Position numbers and translations under genes: made by a program
In this document: positions 18,367 through 29,210 of the stretch, piece by piece
How positions within the stretch are numbered: position 1 is the first letter of the stretch
Layout: every line of letters begins with the position of its first letter
Notes under the pieces: generated by a model
What the model saw: the letters and a program-made list of their open reading frames with translations, nothing else
What the model was told of the DNA's origin: nothing
Database searches by the model: none
NCBI GenBank assembly: GCA_046116545.1
Contig: CP175956.1
Coordinates: 1,089,734 to 1,153,733, forward strand
Direction of reading: 5' to 3'
Length of the DNA stretch: 64,000 nucleotides
Source of the DNA: Candidatus Moraniibacteriota bacterium
Lineage (GTDB): Bacteria; Patescibacteriota; Minisyncoccia; Moranbacterales; GCA-2747515

Positions 18367-19662
18367 TTACTTTTTTTCTGATAACGCATCATAATAATTC
18401 CCAACTGTTCCAATCCAACGGTCTACACCTTCCTGAGAATGTCCGGCACAACTGCTACCACATTTCCACACAATCAATCTGTCAGCTGTTTTTCTATCAT
18501 ATTCATATATAAGCTCATGTATTCTCCTACCCACTGTTTCAACTGCATCTTCACGGCTATTGAAGCATGTATGCCCACCTGAACCCATCAATTTTCTTTT
18601 ACTTCTAAATCCCCAATAATTATAACAATCTTGCCCATTTAAAACTGGCACCCGCTTTCCCCATGCACTCTCTTGTTTTGCCATTGCTATCAAATATTTA
18701 GCAACTTCTGGATCTTGCTTTAAAATATGAGGCAACATCTTTTCTATAGGATAACCTTCTACCATTTCATAAGCCGCTTCTTTTAATGAATATTCTTCCT
18801 CAACATCTTCATTATCTTTGTCAATTTCTTCCTTCTGAGTTATTCCATCAACTGATTTTGAAACCACTTTCTTTTCTTGTTCCTCTTCAATCTCTTTTTT
18901 CTGAATACTATCTAACTTTATAGTTTTTTTCTCCTGAACATTCTCAACTATTTTTTCTTTTATATCTTCTTTTACCTCTTCTTTTTTCACTCCAGCACCT
19001 TTTTCGTCAGCATTTTCAACTTCCAAAACAACCTCTTTTTCTTCATTTTCTTCTACATCTTCTTTTGCATCTAATTTAATTGTATTTTCTATAACCAAGA
19101 AAGATTCCTTATCACTTAACTGTTCTACATCAACAGCCTCCTTAGCCATAGCATTTTGTCCAAGGTTTTGATATATCATGCTCATTGACACCATCCCAAA
19201 AAGAACAGCACCTGCCAGAGACACCTTCCACATTCTAATTGGTGATAAATCTAATTTTAAAGCATTTCTAAATGAAGTTGCAATATCTTGTGCATTTCTA
19301 AATTCTGCTACAATTCGTTTTTGTTGTAATTCACTAGCAGTATATTTCTTTACATATCGAACATGAATACTATCAAAGTATCCTCGTGGATCTATATAAT
19401 CGTATTTACTGTCCTTCTTATACTGCTGATGATTTGAAACATATTTTCTAGAATCCTCAGTAACAAAAAACTCTGTGCGACTATTTTCCAGAAGCAAAGT
19501 TTGAGTATTATTTTGAATATTGTTGTTTATTATTTCATCCAATTCTGATAACCGATTTTCTTTTGATTCCTGTCTAACAGTTGAAACACTATCTCCAACA
19601 AAATTACTTGTTTGTTTCACCCGCTTTTTACATTTAGACGAGTATTCTTCATCTATTATCAT
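18367..19662 (-). CDS. membrane-anchored protein with a GH73-like motif and conserved 4-Cys C-terminal domain; paralog B (with a Glu/Lys-rich linker)
   Basis: 431 aa. A TM helix 'VSLAGAVLFGMVSMSMIY' and a low-complexity E/K-rich segment. The C-terminus carries 'IAMAKQESAWGKRVPVLNGQDCYNYWGFRSKR...CFNSREDAV...WKCGSSCAGHSQEGVDRWIGTVGNYY'. Confidence 0.5.
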   Translation of the reverse strand: MIIDEEYSSKCKKRVKQTSNFVGDSVSTVRQESKENRLSELDEIINNNIQNNTQTLLLENSRTEFFVTEDSRKYVSNHQQYKKDSKYDYIDPRGYFDSIHVRYVKKYTASELQQKRIVAEFRNAQDIATSFRNALKLDLSPIRMWKVSLAGAVLFGMVSMSMIYQNLGQNAMAKEAVDVEQLSDKESFLVIENTIKLDAKEDVEENEEKEVVLEVENADEKGAGVKKEEVKEDIKEKIVENVQEKKTIKLDSIQKKEIEEEQEKKVVSKSVDGITQKEEIDKDNEDVEEEYSLKEAAYEMVEGYPIEKMLPHILKQDPEVAKYLIAMAKQESAWGKRVPVLNGQDCYNYWGFRSKRKLMGSGGHTCFNSREDAVETVGRRIHELIYEYDRKTADRLIVWKCGSSCAGHSQEGVDRWIGTVGNYYDALSEKK

Positions 19663-19706
19663 ATATAAAAATATTATATCACACTTTCACAAAAAACATA
19701 AAGCAT

Positions 19707-20522
19707 CTATTTATTCTTCAACGACCGTAACAACATTACACATCCAGTAAATAACATAATCAACGATAACAACTGCCCCATAGTAACCTGACCTAATATA
19801 AATCCGAGATGCTCATCTGGCTGTCTTATAAATTCCACTCCAAATCTAGCCACAGAATAACCTATCAGATAAAACGATACCATCATACCCTTTGGTAAGT
19901 TTTTATTTCGCAAACTCCACAAAATAATAAATAAAACAAAGCCCTCCAAGAAAGCCTCAACTAACTGTGACGGATAACGTGCAACAACATCACCATTAAA
20001 GTACATTCCTAATTTAGATTCTGTAACTCTACCTATTAATTCAGCATTAAGAAAATTACCAATCCTCCCAAACATGTAACCAATTGGTATTACTGGCATT
20101 ATAAAATCAGCGACTTCTAAAATATCTTTTTTATTCTTTCTTGCAGTCCAGATAATTGCTATCGCTACACCTATTATGCCCCCATGATAACTCATTCCAT
20201 AAATGCCACTCCACTCACCAGTTGTAAAATTATATGGTGATATAATCTGAAGTGGATTTATAATATAATATGGTAGATCATAAAAAATTACATAACCAAG
20301 TCTACCTCCAATTAATGCCCCTATGATAGAGTTAGCAACAATATCTTGTATAAAACTCTTTTTGAAATTACCCTCACCCTTTTTAATACGAAATATCAAT
20401 AAGAGATATACAACAACAAAAGATACTAGCCACATAAGGGAATACCAATACAATGAAAAGTTTCCAATTGAAAAAACTATTGGACTTATATAACTTGGTA
20501 AATTTTGATAAAACTCAATCAT
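19707..20522 (-). CDS. lgt: prolipoprotein diacylglyceryl transferase
   Basis: 271 aa polytopic membrane protein. 'SIGNFSLYWYSLMWLVSF' and the Lgt signature 'GRIGNFLNAELIGRVT' are present. Confidence 0.85.
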   Translation of the reverse strand: MIEFYQNLPSYISPIVFSIGNFSLYWYSLMWLVSFVVVYLLLIFRIKKGEGNFKKSFIQDIVANSIIGALIGGRLGYVIFYDLPYYIINPLQIISPYNFTTGEWSGIYGMSYHGGIIGVAIAIIWTARKNKKDILEVADFIMPVIPIGYMFGRIGNFLNAELIGRVTESKLGMYFNGDVVARYPSQLVEAFLEGFVLFIILWSLRNKNLPKGMMVSFYLIGYSVARFGVEFIRQPDEHLGFILGQVTMGQLLSLIMLFTGCVMLLRSLKNK

Positions 20523-20533
20523 TTAAAGATAAC

Positions 20534-21604
20534 TTATGAGTTAAATTTTTGTAATTGCTGTTTAAATTCTAAAGCATAAATTTTCCACATAGCTAACATA
20601 AGCGCTACAATTATTGGACCAATTATAAATCCCATTATTCCAAAAAGTTTCAACCCTCCAATAGTTGCAAAAAATACTGCAAGAGAATGCATTTGGACAT
20701 CTTTTCCAACTAACTTTGGCCTAAGTACATTATCAATTGTTGAAACAAATATTCCCACAATCAATAAAAATATACTCTGCCAAATATTTCCCAATAAAAA
20801 CATAATCATTGCCGCTGGAAATATAATAAGTCCAGCTCCAACAGCCGGTATTACACCCATAATTACCATAATCACAGTCCATAATATTGGTGAAATCACG
20901 CCAGCTATTGCAAAGGCTATTCCACCTATTGCACCTTGTATAAACCCTATTACAACAGTACCCTTCAAAGTTGCTCTAGTCATTGATATAAATTCATCTA
21001 TCAATTTTTGTTCATGTGTATTTCTCATTGGACTAAGGTCCATTATTTTTTTAACAATTTTTTTGCCGTCTATAAAAAAATAAAAAAGTGTAAAAAACAT
21101 AACAAATACTGCAATAGTACTATTTATAATTCCTTTATAAGCCGTTTGAATAAATGATATTGAATTATTAGCAACATTTTTTATCAAGTTCCCTATCTCA
21201 GGTCCATTTACATATTCTTCTGCACGCTCCAAAACCACATTAAAGACTGGGGCCTGTATCACAATATTCATCACTTTTTCAATTGAAGATTGCATACTAG
21301 ACTCTTCTGAAGAATTCTCAATAATTACATCTGCAACTTCATTGAATACTAAACCTCCTACAAAAATGAAAGGTAATATTATAGTAATAGTTACAACACA
21401 TAACATGATTATAGATGCAGCAACTGAACTTTTAAGTTTCTTTAGAAAAAAATTGTAAGGCTTTGCAAAAATAACAGCTAGCAAAGCTGCAACAAAAATT
21501 GGAATCAAAAATGGTTTTATCAACAAAAACGCAGCAAAACTAGCAAACACTAGTAAAGCAAAAAAGAAGTATATATTTAAATTTTTTATATTCATATTAT
21601 CCAC
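20534..21604 (-). CDS. AI-2E family (UPF0118 / PerM-like) transporter
   Basis: 356 aa with 7-8 TM helices. Topology and conserved blocks ('LLIKPFLIPIFVAALLAVIF', 'LKGTVVIGFIQGAIGGIAF', C-terminal 'GIMGFIIGPIIVAL') match AI-2E. Confidence 0.75.
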   Translation of the reverse strand: MDNMNIKNLNIYFFFALLVFASFAAFLLIKPFLIPIFVAALLAVIFAKPYNFFLKKLKSSVAASIIMLCVVTITIILPFIFVGGLVFNEVADVIIENSSEESSMQSSIEKVMNIVIQAPVFNVVLERAEEYVNGPEIGNLIKNVANNSISFIQTAYKGIINSTIAVFVMFFTLFYFFIDGKKIVKKIMDLSPMRNTHEQKLIDEFISMTRATLKGTVVIGFIQGAIGGIAFAIAGVISPILWTVIMVIMGVIPAVGAGLIIFPAAMIMFLLGNIWQSIFLLIVGIFVSTIDNVLRPKLVGKDVQMHSLAVFFATIGGLKLFGIMGFIIGPIIVALMLAMWKIYALEFKQQLQKFNS

Positions 21605-21658
21605 TGCTAAATACTTACGTGTTAATATTAGCAGTGCTAATTAAATATGTAAACTTTT

Positions 21659-24355
21659 TTATGTTACTATTTTGGATTTTTTGTGTATAAATAATATCCC
21701 TTTAGCAATTTCAAATATAATCATCTCAATAATTGTAATTATTAGTATTACAATTAACATATCTCTTCCTAACGCAACGGTACCTAAAAACTTAGATAAA
21801 AATGGAACATACATTGATGCTGCTAACAAAATAATAGATGTTATTACTGCTAAATTTATAAACTTATTACTAAATATATCCTTTCTAATAACATGCCTAC
21901 GAAAACTCCTTATCACATATACAAATGTTAATGAATCAAAAGCTATTAAGATAAACGTAGCCGTTCTAGCAATATCTATATCACCTGTAATTTCTTTTAC
22001 TGCCCAAAAAAGCAACGCGGCCGAAATTCCCGATACCAAGAAAACTGTTATCATAAATTTTTTATATACACTTGTTATTATCGGATCATTTGGATTTCTA
22101 GGTGGTTCACTCATAAGACCTTCTTTATCATATTCAGTAGTCAACGCAATATTTGGAAAACTATCCTCTACCATATTAATCCATAAGATTTGCAAAGGCA
22201 GTAATGGCAACGGCCATCCAAAAAGCATCGCTATAAAAAATAGGAACAATGCTGAAAAATTATCAGCTGTAAGATACACTAAAATTCTTCTTATATTTTC
22301 ATATATAACCCTTCCCTGTTCAATTGCATTTATAATTGTTTCAAAACTGCTATCCAGTAATACTATATCAGAAACTTCTTTTGCTATTTCAGTTCCATTG
22401 CCCACACTAATCCCAACGTCCGAAGCTTTTAATGCTGGAGCATCATTTATGCCATCTCCAACCATAGCAACAATTTCACCATTTGCTTGTAATGCTCGCA
22501 CTATTCTTATCTTATGCTCTGGCAAAACTCTAGCAAATATATCCGTGTGTTTTACTTTTTCTTGCATCTCTCCATCACTTAATTCATCCAACTCTGACCC
22601 AATTGAAATGTTTTGTTTTGCCACACTATGTCCAAGCTCCGTCATAATAGAATTTGCAGTAACGGCATGATCACCTGTTATAACTATTAATCTTATTCCA
22701 GCATTTTCAGCCTTACTCAATGCCTCTTCAACACCTTCTCTAAGAGGATCTTTCAAAGCTATATACCCTACAAGAGACATGTCTTTATATTTGTCTTCAT
22801 CACTCAATCTATCAAAAGCATCCTTTGTTAAAATTCTTTCACTACAAGCTAATACTCTCAACCCCTTTTTCGTGAGTCTTTCAAAAGTTTCTTCAAGTTT
22901 GCTACCTTCTTCTGAATTGATAGGCATCCTAACATCATTCACATCAATATGTGACACATTATCCAAAACTTGTTCAGGTGCTCCAAGTATCATTATTCGT
23001 ACTTTATCTTCAGATATTTTATACGCTCTTATTGCATATTTTTTTTCTGATTTAAATAATTCTTGATATAACAATTCATTATTTCTTCTAAATTTTTCAG
23101 CATCAATCCCAAACTGAGTTCCTGCCATGAGCAATGCTCTATCAGTTGGCCTACCATGAACAATCATAGATGACAATTCGTCATTTGGATTTTCAATATA
23201 AGCATCATTTACAAGCGATGCTATCGTCAATGCTTTTGCATGTCCTTCCAAGTTATCTCTCCCAGCACAAATTTCATTAGAACACTCATTAAAAGATAAT
23301 AATTCATTTGATCCTGTTAAAATATGACTGACTCTCATCTCACCCTGAGTCAGTGTACCTGTCTTATCTGAACAAATAGTTGTTATTGCGCCCATTGTTT
23401 CACTTGCATTCATTTTTCTAACAAGAGCTCTTTGCTTCGCAAGCCTCCTCATTCCAAAAATCAAAACAATTGTAATTGCTGGCAATAATCCCTCCGGTAT
23501 TGCGCTCACAACCAATGCAACTGAAGCCATAAAAACATCTTCCAATGCCTCACCTCTCCACAAACCTAATGCGGAAAAAGCTAACACAGACACAAAAACT
23601 ACAATACCAATTATTTTTGATAAATCTGTAAACTTCTTTTGTAATGGCGTCTTTGGCTCTTCTGTATTTTTTACAAAATTTGATATTTTGCCAATTTCCG
23701 TATCAATTCCTGTTGCTGTAACTAGATACAAACCTTGCCCACCTGTAACACTGGTACCCGCAAAAACCATGTTATTTTGATCCGATATTATAACTTCATC
23801 TTCTATTATATTCACCTGTTTTTCAACGTCATGCCATTCCCCAGTTAGCGCAGATTCATTCACTGTCAATTCTGCACAACTTATCAATCTCCCATCAGCA
23901 CTGACCCTATCTCCACTCATCACATCAATAACATCTCCAACAGCAATATCTATAGCTAAAATTTCTTTTTTTTGTCCAGTTCTTATAACTCGCACATATT
24001 GAGAAACACTTTCTTGCAATTTTTCCAAAGAGGCCTCTGCCTTATTTTCTTGAGCATATCCCACAATTGCATTCAAAAGCACAACAAACATTATAAATAA
24101 TGCATCTATTACATGACCTATAAAAAATGATGCGAGAGCTGCAGCTATCACCATGTAAATCAATGGGTTATTAAATTGTCTTAAAAAAAGACGTAATCTA
24201 GACATCTTTTTTTGCTTTGGTAATTCATTTTTACCAAACTCATTCAAACGTCCAGAAGAATCAAAATCACTCAATCCATTCTCAGAACTTTGTAAATGCA
24301 GCAAAGCCGCACTTGAAGACATTGTATAATATGGTCTTTGAGCAAATTTTTTCAT
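21659..24355 (-). CDS. cation-transporting P-type ATPase (type II, Ca2+/Mg2+-like)
   Basis: 898 aa. Phosphorylation motif 'CSDKTGTLTQ', 'ITGDHAVTA' and hinge 'MVGDGINDAPAL' are present, plus an N-terminal Cation_ATPase_N-like segment and 8-10 TM helices. Confidence 0.9.
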   Translation of the reverse strand: MKKFAQRPYYTMSSSAALLHLQSSENGLSDFDSSGRLNEFGKNELPKQKKMSRLRLFLRQFNNPLIYMVIAAALASFFIGHVIDALFIMFVVLLNAIVGYAQENKAEASLEKLQESVSQYVRVIRTGQKKEILAIDIAVGDVIDVMSGDRVSADGRLISCAELTVNESALTGEWHDVEKQVNIIEDEVIISDQNNMVFAGTSVTGGQGLYLVTATGIDTEIGKISNFVKNTEEPKTPLQKKFTDLSKIIGIVVFVSVLAFSALGLWRGEALEDVFMASVALVVSAIPEGLLPAITIVLIFGMRRLAKQRALVRKMNASETMGAITTICSDKTGTLTQGEMRVSHILTGSNELLSFNECSNEICAGRDNLEGHAKALTIASLVNDAYIENPNDELSSMIVHGRPTDRALLMAGTQFGIDAEKFRRNNELLYQELFKSEKKYAIRAYKISEDKVRIMILGAPEQVLDNVSHIDVNDVRMPINSEEGSKLEETFERLTKKGLRVLACSERILTKDAFDRLSDEDKYKDMSLVGYIALKDPLREGVEEALSKAENAGIRLIVITGDHAVTANSIMTELGHSVAKQNISIGSELDELSDGEMQEKVKHTDIFARVLPEHKIRIVRALQANGEIVAMVGDGINDAPALKASDVGISVGNGTEIAKEVSDIVLLDSSFETIINAIEQGRVIYENIRRILVYLTADNFSALFLFFIAMLFGWPLPLLPLQILWINMVEDSFPNIALTTEYDKEGLMSEPPRNPNDPIITSVYKKFMITVFLVSGISAALLFWAVKEITGDIDIARTATFILIAFDSLTFVYVIRSFRRHVIRKDIFSNKFINLAVITSIILLAASMYVPFLSKFLGTVALGRDMLIVILIITIIEMIIFEIAKGILFIHKKSKIVT

Positions 24356-24382
24356 TTTTATTTTTATATATTGAATTTTCTT

Positions 24383-26482
24383 TTATGTGCCTAATACTAT
24401 TACAAAATCAGCATCATACTTATCTACAACCTCGTTAGATTCTTCTGTCTTTTTATTCCCATATTCATCAGATACCTTTGCCAAAACTCCATCCAAATGA
24501 TCCTTCTGTTCAGATGAATAATATATAACAACTCCGTTATAATCATTTGTTGCATTTGTTGCATTATTTGTTTTATAGCCACCATCTTTAAATTCACTAG
24601 TAACACTTCCTGCAGCACCAGTTTTTGCACCTGCATTTAAAACTTGTATTTTAATATTTGATACATCAGTATCACCAACTAGTTTTTCCTTCTTTTCTTC
24701 GCCAGAGTCACCAGATTTGACATTGTCTTCATTGACTTCTTCTTCATTAGAATTTTCAGAATTAACCAAATCTTTAGTTCCTTCATTTTCTACGATAACA
24801 TCTCCAACCTCTGAAACATCCTCACTTTCAACATTTTGTTCTATTAAGTTATCAACTGACACATCTTCTTTATTTTCATTATTTATAAATATCATTGCAA
24901 CCCACCACACAACAAGACCAACACAAATTATACCAAAAATACTTACTAAAATAATTTTTGTATTCATTCTTTTTTCTTGCATTTGCATTTCATCTGCATA
25001 CATTTCTTCATCATCTTGCATCCATTCAATATCAATTGCACTAGTAGTAGGCTCTGACGCTGGTTTTGATAGCATATTTTCTGGTGCAGCATACGTAACT
25101 TTTCTTTTTGATTGTGTTTGCGACTTATCTTTTTTACCACCGTCTACGTCACTATTTCCATCTTTAATGATTTGATTTTGGTCATGCTCTTGTATAACAT
25201 CATCATTCATCATTTCTTTATTTTGCACATCATCAATCTTAATGCCGGCCTCAACTTGCATATTTTTTTGATTTTGGTTTAATTGTGCAGATGTACCAAT
25301 AGTTCGAACATGTTCTTTTTCATCACCATAATCCAAATCATCATTGTCTTCAACTGAATTTTCTTCAGTAACATCTTCATCACCTGGAACCAAAATAGTT
25401 TCTCCAGAAATTAAAACATACGGAGGCTCTATTTCATTGATTTGAGCTAATTCTTTCCACGGAATATCATATGATTGCGCTATCGAAATCATATTATCTG
25501 CATCCTTTACAATATACTCCTCTGTGAAAATTTTATTTTCTTTTTTCTTTTTATTAAATCCAAACATATTTTTATTTATATACTTATATAATAAAACAAA
25601 AATTGAACAAAAACAAATCGCTATTAATCCCCCTACAACAATTTGCTTTGACCATACAAATATTTCCACATAATTACTATGTTTTTGTTGTAATTGACCG
25701 TTGTTATCAATATATTCAATTCCACCACTTACAACCATTTTTCCAAACTTGGGCATAGCAATGTCATATTTTTGTGACTTTTCTTCTGCAACTTTTATAT
25801 CATCATCATGACAAGTTTTGACTTCTTCGCCTATCCACAAAGATTTTACAATTGTACAAAAATTATATTTAACAATTTCTGTTCCCACGTTACTTACAAC
25901 ACTATCTATACTATATTCGGAATCAGAATTCTTAGTTACTGCAAATTTTTCTAATGACAGCTTTTTTATGCCCTTATTCGGAACTTTATATAGTATCTCA
26001 AACTGAGATTCTACAACATCTTCATCATTCAATGCTACAATTTCAATATTTTTATCAGTAGCCTCATCATCAATACTAATTATGGAATGAATTTTTAAAT
26101 TTGAATTTCCTGGGATTTTTAATTTTATTTCAATCAACCCCCTACACCATTCTGATATCTCATTTTGGATTACTTCATTCTCACATAAACCCACTACATT
26201 GTTATCATTTTGACTCAATTTTTCTTTGTATTTATCATCCAACACTTCGTCAAAAAATAATATATCCAATCCTGCACTTTCTCCAATTGTTTTTAGAGTT
26301 ATGACCCGCTCATCATTAGATTTGTTTGAAATATTAATTAATAAATTGTAATCAGATCCTTGTGCCTGCTCAAAATTTAAACTCTTAAAAGAATCATTAA
26401 TACTTATATCAATATTTTCATCCACAGATATCACCCCCATTGGAATGACCATCAAGATCCAAAAAATTATAAACTTATACAT
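24383..26482 (-). CDS. membrane protein with LysM and C-terminal LytR_C-like domain
   Basis: 699 aa with a signal/TM segment and two further TM helices. The LysM domain is 'YIVKDADNMISIAQSYDIPWKELAQINEIEPPYVLISGETILVPG'. An acidic spacer follows. The C-terminus 'IKIQVLNAGAKTGAAGSVTSEFKDGGY...DADFVIVLGT' resembles LytR_C. Confidence 0.55.
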   Translation of the reverse strand: MYKFIIFWILMVIPMGVISVDENIDISINDSFKSLNFEQAQGSDYNLLINISNKSNDERVITLKTIGESAGLDILFFDEVLDDKYKEKLSQNDNNVVGLCENEVIQNEISEWCRGLIEIKLKIPGNSNLKIHSIISIDDEATDKNIEIVALNDEDVVESQFEILYKVPNKGIKKLSLEKFAVTKNSDSEYSIDSVVSNVGTEIVKYNFCTIVKSLWIGEEVKTCHDDDIKVAEEKSQKYDIAMPKFGKMVVSGGIEYIDNNGQLQQKHSNYVEIFVWSKQIVVGGLIAICFCSIFVLLYKYINKNMFGFNKKKKENKIFTEEYIVKDADNMISIAQSYDIPWKELAQINEIEPPYVLISGETILVPGDEDVTEENSVEDNDDLDYGDEKEHVRTIGTSAQLNQNQKNMQVEAGIKIDDVQNKEMMNDDVIQEHDQNQIIKDGNSDVDGGKKDKSQTQSKRKVTYAAPENMLSKPASEPTTSAIDIEWMQDDEEMYADEMQMQEKRMNTKIILVSIFGIICVGLVVWWVAMIFINNENKEDVSVDNLIEQNVESEDVSEVGDVIVENEGTKDLVNSENSNEEEVNEDNVKSGDSGEEKKEKLVGDTDVSNIKIQVLNAGAKTGAAGSVTSEFKDGGYKTNNATNATNDYNGVVIYYSSEQKDHLDGVLAKVSDEYGNKKTEESNEVVDKYDADFVIVLGT

Positions 26483-26501
26483 AATACGACAAACTTATGA
26501 A

Positions 26502-28364
26502 CTACTTAATCACAATTCCATGATTTTCAAGACCTTCCAAATGTTGTGTTGTTAAAACTTTACCAATTTCAGTAATTTCAACTCCAGCAAATTCATCCAT
26601 GGCATATAAATATTGCTCCTTTATCAAAATTAGCTCTTCATCAAGTTGATCAATGCTTGGTATAATGCTAATAATAAACTCTGTCTCAATATTTTTACTT
26701 GTTAGACCAGCTCCACTTTGAATATCGCCAGCATTCCAAATTATTTCATTTGTTCTTTCATTAAAATCAACTCCATCACCACTCTCAAATTTAATATGTG
26801 TAGGAAGTTTAGCTTTAACGACCGTATCTTTAATATCATTATTAATATTATCTATTGAAAAATTAATTTTATAAGTTGTTTTTTTATTAACTGTTGGTTG
26901 TTTTTCTCCCTCTAAATATTCTTTACTTGAATTAAATACAATTTTTGCACCAACTGGTAAAGCCAGGACATTACTCAAAACCGTCTTATTTGTTCTGAGT
27001 TCAGATGGTATATCTTTACTGTCAATTGCAGCAAGCGTTACTATTGAAAAATCCTTGTCATCAATTGTTTCTATTGGAAAATTTTTCAATACTGGAATAT
27101 TAAATTTAACAACTCCAGAATCATTTGGATTTAAAGTTTTCAGCTCTGGAACATCAGAAGCTTTCCAAATAATTTCTTTTTTTTCTGCATCATAATCACC
27201 CGAATCAAATAAATCTAAATTAGCAAAGTCCAACATATCCGTATCAAAATTGATAACAATTATAGCATCTCTCAACGGCTGCTTACTATTATTTTGAAAA
27301 TGAACTAAATACTGTAATTTTTCACCAGCAAATACAACACTATCTTGATCATCAATTAATTCCTGTCTTATACTTATTGGCGAATTTATTATTTTTGGTG
27401 CACGCCTCTCAGTAGCATAAACAACATATTCAGATTCTCCTTCCTGAGTTCCTACCTCTATAATAAGTGACTGTGACGTTCCCACATTTGCATCCAAATT
27501 ACCCTGTATATTTACAATATATTCACCATTTGCTTCTATTCCATCAATGAGCCAAGTCATATCATTAGTCGCCAACGGATTTGTTTTATGAATATTAAAT
27601 CCATTACCCATCTCCATTGTTAGCTTTAGATTTGATATCTTACTATTACTATTATTACTAACAACAACTGAAGTATCAACCAAATTACCACTAACAATTT
27701 CATTTGGTAAATCAATTTCAATTGTAATTGGTGATGATGCTATAGTTGTTGTTGTATTATTTGATGTTTCATACATAACCTCTGTTTTCTCTGGAGAATA
27801 TTTCAAAATTCCACTTATTGTACTTGAAGAGTTTGCTGGTCCTGCAAAATAACCAGCAATTGCTATTTCATTACTTTCTCCACCACTAATCTCACCAATA
27901 TTAATTATGCCCTTATTCTCACTTACCATCTCTAGATTATCCTGATTATTTATTGGTATAAAATAATCACCAAAATTAATGACTATTTTAGAGTTATACA
28001 AATCAGACCTATTATCATTTGTATACATAAATAATATTTCCGTCACTGAATTACTATTGATAACAGTTGGAGAACTTAATTCAATATTAACTCTTTCCTG
28101 AGAAAAAAATCCTTTCTGAAAAAAAGTAACAGCTACTATAGCTAACATTAACAAAAATATTCCAAGAACAACTATACCCCCAATGATTGCGGCTTTCTTT
28201 TTCTTTTCTGTCATATTATCCTTCTCACCATCAAAAATGTTTTTTTGAGTATCAGCTACATCATCTTTTGAATTCCAAACATTATAAACAGTTTTATTAT
28301 GTTCTCTTCCGAAATTCTCAGACTCTTTTTTTTGTAAATCTTTTTTCAAATCTTGAATTGGCAT
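26502..28364 (-). CDS. single-pass membrane-anchored protein with a large beta-rich exodomain (hypothetical)
   Basis: 620 aa: cytoplasmic ~55 aa, TM 'AAIIGGIVVLGIFLLMLAIVAVTFF', then an S/T/N-rich extracellular region. It is adjacent to and co-oriented with the LysM/LytR_C gene. Confidence 0.5.
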   Translation of the reverse strand: MPIQDLKKDLQKKESENFGREHNKTVYNVWNSKDDVADTQKNIFDGEKDNMTEKKKKAAIIGGIVVLGIFLLMLAIVAVTFFQKGFFSQERVNIELSSPTVINSNSVTEILFMYTNDNRSDLYNSKIVINFGDYFIPINNQDNLEMVSENKGIINIGEISGGESNEIAIAGYFAGPANSSSTISGILKYSPEKTEVMYETSNNTTTTIASSPITIEIDLPNEIVSGNLVDTSVVVSNNSNSKISNLKLTMEMGNGFNIHKTNPLATNDMTWLIDGIEANGEYIVNIQGNLDANVGTSQSLIIEVGTQEGESEYVVYATERRAPKIINSPISIRQELIDDQDSVVFAGEKLQYLVHFQNNSKQPLRDAIIVINFDTDMLDFANLDLFDSGDYDAEKKEIIWKASDVPELKTLNPNDSGVVKFNIPVLKNFPIETIDDKDFSIVTLAAIDSKDIPSELRTNKTVLSNVLALPVGAKIVFNSSKEYLEGEKQPTVNKKTTYKINFSIDNINNDIKDTVVKAKLPTHIKFESGDGVDFNERTNEIIWNAGDIQSGAGLTSKNIETEFIISIIPSIDQLDEELILIKEQYLYAMDEFAGVEITEIGKVLTTQHLEGLENHGIVIK

Positions 28365-28421
28365 ATTTTTATATTTAACCTTTAACTGAAGTTACTTTTA
28401 TTATAGCAGAATTTACAGAAT

Positions 28422-29144
28422 TTATCTCACAATCCAATTCTTTATATTAAGTACAACTATGTCCATTTGCTTATGCACAATATCATTAACAATTAACTTT
28501 GATAATGTTGTTAAGTCATTTCCATAAATAACTCTCATAGCCTTAATTGTATCTGGCTCTACATAACAAAAATAATCATTACAAAAACATTTTTCACATA
28601 AAATACCTCCTCTAGCTGAACTGAATCCATTTTTCTTTTTTACTATACTTAATCCGCATACAGAACATGCATTAACATTGAAATCATATCCTTGCAATGC
28701 AAATATTTTTAACAAGAAGGCGTGTGTTACCCACTCAAATTCCATTTCAATACAATCTTCTTTTTGTGCTAATTTATTTAATTGCCTTAAAAACTGCACC
28801 CATATTGCAAAAGTTTCTTCATCAACAAAATTCTCATCAATTATTTCCAAAAATATTTTACGAGCTTTATCTAAACACTTTAATGCCATATGGTTTTCAT
28901 GCACCTCAACAAAATACTCTTCTGCTATTGCACCTGCCAAAACACCTCTGCCATAATTTTTCACAATCATTATGTGAGATAACATAAAATCTTCAATCTG
29001 AGATGCCATTTTTGATTTACCTTTTCTACTAGATTTAGCTGGCACCCGTATAAGGCCTTCTTCCAATGTATAAAATGTATACAACCTATCCGCTTCACCA
29101 ATATTAAATTTTTCTAATGCAATCGCATAATAATTATGTTTCAT
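28422..29144 (-). CDS. recO: DNA repair protein RecO
   Basis: 240 aa. An N-terminal OB-fold-like region and a C-terminal C4 zinc finger 'CSVCG...CEKCFC'. Typical length, and placed in an ileS-recO cluster. Confidence 0.65.
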   Translation of the reverse strand: MKHNYYAIALEKFNIGEADRLYTFYTLEEGLIRVPAKSSRKGKSKMASQIEDFMLSHIMIVKNYGRGVLAGAIAEEYFVEVHENHMALKCLDKARKIFLEIIDENFVDEETFAIWVQFLRQLNKLAQKEDCIEMEFEWVTHAFLLKIFALQGYDFNVNACSVCGLSIVKKKNGFSSARGGILCEKCFCNDYFCYVEPDTIKAMRVIYGNDLTTLSKLIVNDIVHKQMDIVVLNIKNWIVR

Positions 29145-29210
29145 AATAAACCTATTTTACTACACAAACTAAAAACTGTCTTACTATTAAGTAAGCCAGT
29201 TTTACAATAG

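Noticed and set aside
21672-22670. 332-aa plus-strand ORF
   Set aside because: It is entirely antisense to the well-supported P-type ATPase gene. Its composition is Ile/Ser/Asn-rich, low-complexity, and typical of AT-rich antisense frames.
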